A DNA stretch of 64,000 bases from Fimbriosthenelais zetlandica (lineage: Eukaryota), in the NCBI GenBank assembly GCA_977030845.1, contig OZ365112.1, positions 15,252,001-15,316,000 of the forward strand. Reading direction: 5' to 3'. The position numbers and the translations under genes were made by a program. Each line of letters begins with the position of its first letter. The first letter of the stretch is position 1. The notes beneath the pieces were generated by a model, which was not told the DNA's origin, made no database searches, and worked only from the letters and a program-made list of their open reading frames with translations. Below are positions 1 through 12,000 of the stretch, in pieces.

Positions 1-1287
1 TCTAGTTTAAAAGGTTGGGGATCTGCATGCACCACGCCATGTTTAGTGAAAACCTGAACAGTTTATTAAAGTGCCTTAATGATGAATTAAAAAAAAACAA
101 AGCAGGGAGAGAGTTCAGACTTCGTGATCTATTAGCTGTAGAGCACTACTAAATAGAACACGGGTAATAATGAAATTCAGAATGAAAATGACCAAAGAGT
201 ACTAAGATTAACAAACAATAGACATGTATTATTTTCATGCGCTACCACATGGTAATGGGGAAACTGTTCTTGTAGTTCTTGTAATATATACATGTTTTTA
301 TTTTGTCATTCAACGGGATAAATTAACCTAGTAAGGGAAAAACGTTCTACAATTTTGCTTTTGAAACCGACATAATAATACATTTAGTCAGTCATTGTAT
401 TTAGATTCCTTTGCATGTCTGGTTTAATGTAGATCATTATACATTACATTTTCCCCTCAATACCATTTTCATGAAATCTTGAAGATTTGCTAGTATTGAA
501 AAATTAATGCGAAATATTCTTAGCCATTGGACTATGATTTGGTAACAAAACAAATTCAGTACTGCAATATATAGGAGGCCAGGTTGATGCAGTAAATGGG
601 CGAGAACCTTTGTGTACTTGATCTCCCTGAATTTCTTTGTTGTGGGGAGAAAATATATGGGCAAACCTGTTTAGTTAACCAGGCGAGTAGCTGGTCGGCA
701 TTTCAGTCATTTCTTATCAAACCCTATACATATTCATATACATTGAGAGTAGGCATGCGATTAAATCATTGTTTTTCAGGATGATACTATTTCACAATTT
801 GACATATCTGGACTGATTTTAAATAAACACAGATTGTTCCCAAATTCTTCACCCGAATAGTCCCCGTATTATGTTTCTCACCCGAAATTGAGGTGAATTG
901 ATTAGTTTTTTTGGGGGGTGGGCGGGTCAAGTACACCAATATACACCATTAATGTACCAGCTGACCTACAAAAACTATCAATAGGCTCCACCAAGTAATG
1001 TGCCCCTTTACAGGACATTTCCCATGGAAATTCACTATTAGATGGTTATCATAATTATGGCTCTTGATATTAAATTTTAATATTAATTTTAGGGGAGTTT
1101 GTTTATCACTATATACACCGGAATGTGAACTGATAAAGTAAGAAACAAAATTGGCGGAAATGATGATAACACAAGTATAGTTGAAGTAATGGTTGCTTTA
1201 AAATAGGAGTTTCTCTTTCTTCCACTGAACAAATAAATTGCTAGACACATGAATAATTTACTAGTTTCATGTCTTTTAATGCAAGCT

Positions 1288-1466
1288 GGTAATGTTGTGC
1301 TGTAGGATGGCAACATGAGATAATGTGGTGCTGTAGGATGGTAATGTGTTGAACATTGTAGGATGGTATTGCGTCGTGCGTCGGATAATGTTGTGCTATA
1401 GGATGCAATTAAATGTGTTGCTATATAGGATAATGTGCTGTGACGTTAGGATAGTAATGTGGTGCT
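1288..1466. repeat. Degenerate minisatellite, ~20-25 bp unit (GTAATGTTGTGCTGTAGGATG)
   Basis: About 7 imperfect tandem copies visible. Confidence 0.8.
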
Positions 1467-4116
1467 TGTGCCAAACCTTGGTCTGATCTTATGACTTGTG
1501 GATGTTATTTTTCTCCAGGAAAGGGAAGAAATACTTTGCCAATATCAAGAATATCTCGGTAATGATAAACGACAAATAAATAGCTTAAATGATAGAAAAA
1601 GATGAACATCTTTACCCATCAGATGGAAAATGCTGATTACTTGCATGTAGATGATGCAGAACCCCTTCATAATTTAGATCCCAAGAATGAGTCTACTTCA
1701 GCATGATTTCTCTGATTCCATGTCAATAATTTCAACGATTTCTCAGGAGTTCCAAGTTGATCATTTTATGGAAGTCTATGAATTCCTGCTATTAAATCTC
1801 AATACACTGTACATGTGGCCGAAGTGCAATTCGATGTAAGTCCAAGATGGTCCGACAGGAAGTTTAATTATAATACAACTGGATGCACACAAAGTCGACT
1901 GTGAACCCATTCTAATTGGTTCTGTGTTTCAGCTACTTCTAAACCTCATGTGGGAACCATTTCATTGTAATACGCCAACAATGTAAACTGTTTGTGTGTT
2001 ATCTTGGTGATGATATATTTGGAAATATTCCAGGCCGTTTTTTAATCCAGAGAGCATGGAATGAGAGCTTGGCTAACAAAGCACTACATTATCTCCATTA
2101 CAAACCATTTTAAAGATTGCACAATTTTATATCTTTGATCCTAGAATGAAATATTAAAATCCCGATCACATGTCAATAATTATGATATTTTATGCTGTGC
2201 AACCAAGTGCAATTATAATCTCAGAGCTCGATGTATTAAAGCTAATCCTGATAAATATTCCACTTTGATCAGTCTGTCCTTTTTGTTTCATATAATGAAT
2301 ATTCCATCCTTATTAGTTGCAGTTTGTTAGGCAGTGCCTTTTTCACGGATATTTGACCACGATTCTCGCTTAGGGTTATATCTCGGTCATATCACCCCTC
2401 GATCATTGTTCATCTCTCGTATTTTCATAGTGATGTTACTCGATATCTAAACTGAAATGTGTACTGATTCCTCCATGTAACCAGATGAGAATATCATTGA
2501 TAAGCAGTTTTACCGCTAAAAACCAGCGCATGCGCACTTTGCTCAGTATAGGAGCGTTGTGTGATGACCGGTGTCACTACTGGCCAGACGCTGTCTACAT
2601 GACGTCACCATCAATGGCTTAGATTCTAGGGTTGAGGGAAGGCATCAAAATGGAAGATGTGGAAGATGTGATAGGAGGAAAATATTATGATGACTTTAGC
2701 TGTTGACATCTTTACATGTGTGGCATGAAAACATATCCCAAACAAAGGGATTTATTTTAATTGTAAGGGCCTATCATGTAGGCCTAAGAAATTGGAGAAA
2801 TCCATTCAATTGCATGATATGATGATTTATCAGATTGATTTGTTTATTCAGCGTTTTTTGAAACTCCAGACGAGTACAACTTCAATTGGTAGATAAAAAA
2901 ATAATGATAAACTGAGTTAGTTCAGGCTCATGAATATATATATATATGTGTGACTATTTTTGGTGCTCCCATTGCCTTAGTTCAACCAATCCTGGGTATT
3001 CTTTTCTCGCTCATGAATGACCTGTTACATTCCAAGCTGCCACACGTAATCGAGCAGCTCATTAGTGCAGAGAAACACGCGCTAGGTTTCCGGGTTAAGC
3101 GTGCCAAGGCATTAAAAGCCAATAAATATGCTATAAGCCACTGACTACCAAAACAGATACCTTGTATTCATTTATAGGGCATGCTCAGTGACATGTTATA
3201 CGGCCATCATGAAAAGGGAACAAAAAAGAAAAGGAAAGGTGCATAGATATAATTTATATCAAGAGGAAGGAATGGGGTGAGTGTTGGTTGGTGTAGTGAA
3301 CGCGATACCTTGTCTCTAGTGCGTTAAATTGCTTGTCGTTAACATCAGTCCTTATACTAGGACAAAGAGAAACAAGTAGACGGCGATAATGTTGAATAAG
3401 TTCCCCAATATCAATATCTAATAGGCCTACATGACCAATATATTTTGATGTTGGTAGAATTCCAATGTTCCACATTAAACTTGTGGATAAATTTTAATAG
3501 GGGCCTACATGTAGGGCCTACCTATAGGATCTACCAAAAGGCTGAGGCCTACCTTAATTTACCTCTGTTGAGGGATTAAATGTAGTAGGTCTTAAAAGTT
3601 CTTAATGAGGCCAATTAATCCTAACTAACCCTATAAGCTTCGTTCAAAGATTTCTATTCCATTCGTTGAGTAGGCTACTATTTAAGGTCTGAAATGAAGA
3701 AACAGAAATGAATGGGTCTACCCCAAGCTTGCCTTGTTCTGGTAGGGCCTATAAAATAGAATAATATGCTACATGGTTCCTAAGTAGTCCATAACACCAC
3801 AATAACACTCATAGCCAGCCAGAATTTCTGGCCTAAATGTAGGCCTAACCCTTTGAAGCCCTTTTGAAGCCCTTTGAAGGCCTAGGCGTAAGTCTAGGCC
3901 TACCCTATAGGCCTAAATGAATCATTTTCAGGTCCTATCTTATAATCGTATTCAATCACAAAATTGTTCTGTTTTTCCGTTGAGATACAAATTATAGAAA
4001 GATTGAAGCAATATGCACCTGAATATAGCACTGTCTATGGTGTGTTACACAGTAGGCCTACACCTACTGCACCAGTGCGCCTCCTCCAGGGGAAACATGG
4101 ACCTACTCCAGGAGAG

Positions 4117-4155
4117 GCGGAAGTCACGTGATCATTTACGTCATTCACAAAATGG
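4117..4155 (+). promoter_or_regulatory. Promoter-like motif cluster (ETS GGAAG + E-box TCACGTGA + Inr-like TCATTC + YY1-like CAAAATGG)
   Basis: GGCGGAAGTCACGTGATC at 4117-4134, TCATTC at 4141-4146, CAAAATGG at 4148-4155. A strong donor AAAAG|GTGAGC follows at 4352. Confidence 0.45.
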
Positions 4156-4634
4156 TGGTCTAAACAACAGAGAGTGACTGGATGGGGACCCATTCCATGA
4201 ATTGAGGCTGTTTATTGCGAAATACCCACGCCAAGGAATTGTTTGTCTGGTATGACTCGTAAGGGAAATCCCCAACCAGGAGGATGCAATGAGGATTTCA
4301 GCGCTGCATTGCTTCATTTGCCTGCATGCAGTGGATATATCGAGCAAAAAGGTGAGCAGCTCCCGGAGCAGCTCACCAGGCTTCCTTGAACCCTGGTTGG
4401 TGCTATGGGCAAAGCTATGAGCAGTAGAGTCTATAGAGTCTATCATTGGGAGCAGTGAAGTTGTGGGTTTGCACATCTGTTTCTTCGTTCTTCTCTTACT
4501 TTATTTCTTACACTACACGTATAATTTATGGGTGTAGCCTACCCTCAAGAGTTACTGTAATCGTGTAGGCCTATCACTGAAATGTCAGTCCTAGGATTAT
4601 GGACCTTGTCCTTGGCATTTTTAATAGGCTAGCC

Positions 4635-4655
4635 TAGTAGTAGTAGTAGTAGTAG
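4635..4655. repeat. (TAG)7 microsatellite
   Basis: Direct reading. Confidence 0.95.
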
Positions 4656-4960
4656 CCAATATGAAAAGGTATTATTGATGGATTGGGCTGTTTGGAGTCG
4701 GGTTAAGACTCAATTCAAATATATTTTCAGATTTTGTAATAGCTGAACAGAATGTTACTTCATCATTCTGCAGTTCAGTCAGCCAGGCACTTCTATGTCT
4801 GACAATCCATAATAATTATCTCTTTATCCTAACCCACGCAATGATCCCACCTGTTGTCAGAATATTTAACTTTCTTTTCGTTTCTTGCCTCACAGGTGGA
4901 GCTATGAAACAAACACCAGTATACTACTACATAGTTGAAGGTCTATATATCGACTAGTCT

Positions 4961-5017
4961 CGTGATCGACCATGTGATTCACTTCCTTGTGACAAAATGA
5001 GAACAGTTCGTGTATGT
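4961..5017 (+). promoter_or_regulatory. Second promoter-like cluster and small upstream exon of WDSUB1
   Basis: TCTCGTGA, CATGTGA and CACTTCC (ETS) motifs in a CpG-containing patch. Canonical donor GTATGT at 5012; matching acceptor ttttctgtag at 5426. Confidence 0.4.
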
Positions 5018-5435
5018 TACGTATGAAATCCCCATCAGAAGGGCTGTAATCCCCCCCAAGGATATCTCAGGAAAGGAAGAAACATTAATTCCATTAACTT
5101 TAAATTTTGACTATGCAGGGTAGTGCTAATATATTGTTTTGTGCCAAATAATGAATTAAGCAAATAGATATAGGCCTATATAGAGGGCCCTGCTATCCTA
5201 TAGATTGATTGAATTGGATGCAATTTTATCGAGGCCTTTTGTATTACTCTTGCCATTGAGACCACTCTGAACAGCATTAATATCTATGAATGATTAATAA
5301 CTGGTATAGATGGAGTGTTATTGATAACATTAAGAGCTGATCTGCAAACTTGGATCCCATTCTTGTGGCCTGATCTTCATTTGCCTCGCACACTTGTATA
5401 TTGGCACTCTGCCCTATTTTCTGTAGCTAATAAAT

Positions 5436-6055
5436 ATGGGGTCATGTTGTTCGGGGCCCAGTCGTGTCACTGAGAGCAGTGGTGGTAGTAGTAACAGTGT
5501 TGGTCCTATTTGTGATCCCACCAATGACAATCCATCTCCAGTGAGTGGGACAGGTGCAACCATTGACGAGCAACTCCTGCAACAAACAAACCAACAACTG
5601 ACGGGTATTCATCAAGCAACCTGCTCCTACAGAAGGCAATCAAAGACAATGCCATACGGTGCCAGTCTTCACTGTACCCTCTCTGCTCATGTCAGTGATG
5701 TGAATGGGGTGGCTTTTGGAGAAAACTCTTTAGCTACCTGTGGTGGGGATAAAACTGTCAGATTGTGGAACGCCTCTGATTTTTGTGAGCTTGGTTTCTC
5801 ACCATTAAAGGAACATACCTATTCAGTTAATGGCTGCACTTACTCGCCCAATGAAAATATTCTCGTGACGTTTTCTACTGATGGAAAAGCTGTATTGTGG
5901 AACGTAAAAGTAGGGGACAGAATAGCAGTGTTGACACACCCCAGTCAATCAAGTATTCGTGTGTGTCAGTTCTCTCCTTCTGGGGATCTACTTGCCACTG
6001 GAAGTGACGATGAATCCTTGTGCCTTTGGGATGTTGCCACCCGCAAAATCATCAG
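5436..6055 (+). CDS. WDSUB1: WDSUB1 coding exon 1 (N-terminal extension plus first WD40 repeats)
   Basis: ORF 5436-6059; donor AG|GTAAC at 6056. Confidence 0.92.
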
Positions 6056-9000
6056 GTAACTTCTTTTTTTTTATACTTATAATTTGTCTTTAATTTATTC
6101 TACAATGCTCCTCTAATTGCGACGAAGTCTATATGTATAGCTCACAACATAGGTCAGTCACATGGTTTGTATATATGTTCCACTTGGCTGGTTTTGTGTC
6201 CTAGAAACATGTATAGGCCTATATCACAATGCCTCTAATCTTCTGTTATATACATGTATGTACGATCTTCCTGACTTCTTTTTTTAACTAACTCCCATAA
6301 AGACGAGAGCCTTGGCAAGTAATCTATGTTAAAAATAAATTAATTTAAGATTTTACTCTTGTGCTAATGCTATCGCATAACATGTTATCATATTTGGCAA
6401 ATCATCTGACCGGAAAATTAATATGTACACCATGCCTCAGTACAAAGTGTTCGATCTCGCGCATGCCTGTCTGCGCCAAATATTGAGTTGGAGAGACCTA
6501 GATATATACGTAGAATAAATTTAGTTTGTTCAGCCTATAATATTGATGCGTGCCAAGTCCTTATCTTTTGAATGTAGGAAGGTATGACGTTAGCAATGTT
6601 GACATTGACTTTGGTCGATCGATGGCACATTAAATAATTATGATTTCAGTTCAGGGTGTTACAATGCATGTTAAAACCATTTCATTTTCTTAAATACTTT
6701 AGGTGATATAATCCATGCTATATATTCTTATATAAAATCACACTATAGCTACATGACCAATATTTATGCCAATGCGTACATGTATAGTAAAGTGTACTAG
6801 TAGGCATACATAATATCTGTGACATACAAGGACAATTCTAAATAGTCCTATCCCATGTACATGTACCAGTTTCTACAAAATGTTTATCTAGGTTAGCACT
6901 CATAAAACATTAATCAGCAGGGAACAGAACACACATTTGTCATCGTATATTTAATTCCATTCCCCCAGTGTGTGATGAGCTAGATATGAAGGGCTTGTCA
7001 TCTAAATTCTATTTCTTTATAAGGATATACCACTTTTCATTGATGACATTTTTCTATGTTAAACGTTTCGGAAAACGATGCACTTATTTTGCTGGTCTCA
7101 TGATAAAGGATAGATGCATATATCTGGTGATAAATCGTCACGGGTTATCAGTGATGAATCATATGGATGATTATTCGCCATCAACAATCACTCAGATAAT
7201 ATCATACTCTTAGAGATTTTCTCCACATTACATCTACATCCCTCCTGTTACACGTATAGTTCTATATCGACCCACTATTGTAACTTTTTCAATATGTGAT
7301 TCATTTTGAAGTGCAGTTTTTAAACTGTCAATAGATAGTGATAGACCTACCACATTATGCGCTTCAATGTTCGCGGCTTGGGATCTTACAGGAATTAAGG
7401 GTCTTCCTGGAGAAAATAAATGATATTGGGCGTGCCATCCTCGTGGTTATCTTTCTAAATGTTATGCAAAATTCAATGAAGTTTTTATAAATAGCAAGTC
7501 GTGAGATCTAATGTTTGTAAGACTCCATTTTACCTGCTGTTGCATTGTTGGATTAGAACTTAATCCATCCATCTTTTTGCTCTATTCTGTGCCACCTGTT
7601 ACGTTAAATAAATCTTTGCCGTTTCCATTGACAAGATAATACGAAAGCTTATATTTATCCGTTGTGGTTGCATGACGTTATAGCATAGAATATACCACCT
7701 AAAATAACTAATTAATGAAATTCCCTCCTATATTTACAGGACATTTGAAGGCCACGAAGCCTCCATTCCAGCATGTGCCTTTTCACCTGACAGTGCCTTA
7801 ATTGTATGTGGGGATGTCATTGGTCATCTTCGAGTTTACGACGTGAATGGACCTACACAACATCATCTCTTCTACGAGATGAACGCTCATGACCTTGGTG
7901 TCACATGTTGTGCTTTCTCGCCTAATTACAGAACGAGTGGTATGTATATCTGGAGTAGGCTAATCGTTTATTTATTCAGAATGTACAGCCTGATTAGTAA
8001 CTATTAGTATCTATTTGTCTATGGCTCAAAGCGAATGATCTCACTTGCAGACACACCCAACGGATTGACGTCCACTTCCCTCCTTGCTACCTGTGGCTTC
8101 GACAATAACCTCAAATTATGGGAGGTAACCTCGATCAAAGGGACAAATCGTAAGTTTATGCAATACTCTCAGCACTTGAATATAACTACTGCGATGTGAT
8201 AGTCCATAACTTCGAAAAAATCGTGATTATCTAAAGCAGGCTCTATTCGCTGATAGGCAATAAAAAGCACTCAGGGAAATGAACAGAGAGCTGCTCCACC
8301 TGCCCATAAAATGATTGATGGGTGCCTCGTGAGGTTTTCAATTGCTGATCACTACCGCCCATAATACGCCTGGCATGGAATAAATGGCAAAAAGGCCAAA
8401 CCATTAACTCTGTGTACTAGACGATGACCAGATTTACCATGGCAACTCTGGTAGGCGAATCATGGAGTAATACCAATCTAATTACCCCCCTGCTGACTAT
8501 TAAGGTTTCTTTGCTGCAGTCCCAACCCTTTGGTGTGAGGGCTGGAGGTGTGGCAATTGGGGTGGGGGATTGTAAAGGAAAAGAACATTAGGAGTAGCTC
8601 ACAGCAGCCTGTGTCTTATAGGATACGGAAGCCTATATCGCCAGTACTGGGAAGGGAGCTGCTCGCAAATTGATTCTCCATGTCCTTGCTGTTTATTGTG
8701 TTGTTAGGGAAGTTGTTTTAGTCGCCATTTCCAGTCCTGTGGCAAGACTCCGTAAACATTGCACATGGCAGCGTCATGTTCGGATTAGATCTGGGGTGAT
8801 TTTCAGGCAATGACAGAAAGAATTAATACTTTTGGTAGCTATTTAGAGGAGATTCCTTCCTGATTCGTCCTTTATAACTTACTTAACATTCACTTAACAT
8901 ATTTTCACTGATGCCTGTTGTCCAAACAATGGCGTAAACGCATTATCCCTAATCAAACAGAGTCCAGGTGTGGTAAACTGCTTCAGATGTAACCATTCTA

Positions 9001-12000
9001 CCTGTAGTGATGTAAGAATTCTTACTAAAGCGATATATCCATGCTTAATGTTCTCCTTTTGGCTCATTCATTTCATTTCCTCAATGGATGAGACTGAAAA
9101 TTGACAGTGGGAAGTGATATTGGGAAGTATATATCTGGATCAATGAAACCAATGATCTTTTCAGAACGCCAACATCGCATTTAAAGCTTAAGATTTATTT
9201 TAGTATTTCAAGATTCCTTCTTGTTCTTCGGCTGCTGTGGCTATCCTCTTAGATGAAAGTAATGAAAGTATAATCGAGGTTAAGGCCTACCCTTTTGGGT
9301 ATGCATGTATGTTTAAATATCCTCCACCCCGCCGGCAGACCCTAGTGGTGTTCTGAGAAATGTTAACCTTTGTAGACCCGGAAGTGGGTGGGGTGTTCCA
9401 GGAAGTCTGGATCATCTGAACAAGATTCAGTCTTACAAATGTTGATGGCAGGACTGTGTATATAGGGCTGGGCTCCATTTCCCACTGGTTCAACCTTCAA
9501 TTTGAAACTAGGCTTTAAAACGAACTTTCCTCTTTGGCTTAAATAAGCTTAAAGAAATGTCCTGTACGCCCTATATGCCTAGATAAATGACCAAGTATTT
9601 CAATTACATCTGTAATATCTTACCAGACACCTGTTAAACCTTTTCCCGTTTCTTTCACAGGTGTGACCATGAAACTTACACATACTTTATCAGGACACAG
9701 AGACTCTGTAATGGCCTGTTGTTTCTCTCCCGATGGGCAAATCCTCGCCTCAGCGTAAGTTTACGTTTCGAAATTAATCACGATTACAGTAATTTAAAAC
9801 TCTTAACTGACCTTTTCTAAAAGGTCAGGCTTGGTTGGTTTTATAAAAGTAAAGAATATGCTAATTCATTCTTAATTTCTGCATCGTTACGGATATTATG
9901 GCTAATTAGTGTTTGAAACTGAACAGAAACAGGTGTTGCCAGCATGTTTCCAAGGAAACAGGAGCTGGATAAAATGTGTAAAAACTTACTTGGGTCTAGT
10001 TGACCACGTGTAACTAGACCCTGATGACAGGTAAAGGTGATAAAGTGGTTCCAGAAAATTCATAGCCTCCAGTTAACCATTTTCTAATCTTCATGGAGCT
10101 TGCACTTTGGTGTTCACTCAGTCAGTGTCTGGTCTTTATTCTAACCCACTTCTTACGCATACAATATGTCATAAATCCTTTGAAATGCTCTATAATGTTG
10201 GCCTTTACCCAGTCTCTCAGCTTGTCAGAGCAGGCCTCAGTAGGCCGTTGAGTAGCTGGCAGTTGTTATAGCTCTAACACAACAAACCTTGTGTGACCTG
10301 AATATGCCTCTAACCATCCATCAAATATCTCATTCTGATTGCCTGCAAAATGCTACATCATCTTTCAAGAAGTCATATCCATATTACCAGCTTTGACCAT
10401 TATTCTCCCTGGCTTGAGAAAACGTACATAATTATTTCAGTCTGGATTCCTTAAATTTACTTTCCGCTGAATAAATGAACGGGGGTCATTGGGTGTATTG
10501 TAGCAGAGCTTATTGCAGGAAGGGTTAAACCATTTTGTATTCTCATCCATTTAGACCATGCACATATTGGACACTTGGTAGAATGGCATAGAGACCCTGT
10601 TATAGAGTGACTAACTGGCATTTGCGAATACATATGATACCCGGTCTTGCTGCTTGTTCATGCAAAGAGATTACAAGCTCCATTACACTATGCTGATGAT
10701 ATTTTCACGCAGAAATTCATCACTGTACATATATCCTATGGGCCGGGTACAACTAGCTGAAATTTAAGCTATCAATTTCCACTTGGCTTGGATGTTTGTT
10801 TCTGGTGCATATTCGTCCCCTTGGTAGCCATTGGCAGAGCGAGTATTGTGCTAGAACTATTATTGATTTATTCGAGGAAAGAGTAAACATACCTCCTTAT
10901 CAAAATCTACCTGATATAAACTAAATTTCCTGAACTTTGTGCAGCCTTTTGTCAAAATTATGTTGATCTTTAGATATCCATTCCAATTATTATTTAAGAG
11001 TAAAATACTGTCAGCCTTCTTTCTAAAGAAAAAGGGACATCAAAGTGCTATGTTCCAGTATGCAAGGCATTACATCACTATCTTTATTTAGTAGTAATAG
11101 TAACAAATGTTAGTATTCCGTGTCTCTCTGGGGGCCAACCACCTTGGCTTCTTTCAGGTCTTTCCAATCCATTCACATGTATGTTGTATCTTGTGTAGGC
11201 CTACATGAGTAGCCTACTGGAACTACCTCGTAATTCACCTATTATTTTTTCCTGGGATCATTCATTCGGCTGTAAATTTTCGATTGCCCCTTTAAGAAAC
11301 CCTCACAAACAAAACATGAATTTATTCATACAGTACTGAAATTTTTATCAACCCCAACTGCTCATGTTGGTGAAACTAGCAGGGATGAGAGCATTGGGGC
11401 TAGACTAGACACTTGGCACATGGCTGTTGCTATTTGTACCCTGGACCGACTATTCTTAGAGAGAGAGAGGATATTTCTATACTCCCGTAGGGGTTTATTT
11501 GTATACCATGCTGGTATACACAACATGAGCAGTGCCATAACAGTTCAATGGGAACCATTCTAATGCCTCGGCGATATTTTCATACCACTATTGTGAATGC
11601 TCTGGGCGTTGAATACATTCAATTCATTATATGTAGTGCCTAATTAACTTCCCTGTCGAGAGAAGAGAGGTTTTGTGGATTCATATTAGTGTAACGTTAA
11701 TCTCAGAATTTTTGCCATTGTCACGGAGGGGCCCATAAATCCTTTCATATGTTTTTTCCAGATGAGAAAAAGACATAATATATATGCTTTTGTGCAAGGA
11801 CCGACTGTTCTATCTCCCTTGCCTTTGTATCCTTTGGTGCAGTGCTGAATAGTCTAATTGATTTACCACATTAGCTATCACAGAGTGGTTAGTTTACCCA
11901 GCACTCCCAAGTGCTTGAGAAGGTTTACCTTATTTGATATCTACCGTGATATATTACCATTGGCCCGATTCCTCTTACTTCTCTAAAATTAGAAAATATA

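Noticed and set aside
2650-2760. MEDVEDVIGGKYYDDFSC-TGA as a selenoprotein (CU motif) or FAM32A-like start
   Set aside because: No SECIS-like element identified and no similarity beyond a few residues
3020-3421. Myotubularin-related (MTMR10/11-like) resemblance of DKQFNALETR
   Set aside because: The match is short and the following candidate exon does not continue the family pattern
5442-5639. Minus-strand 65-aa ORF
   Set aside because: Shadow of WDSUB1 exon 1
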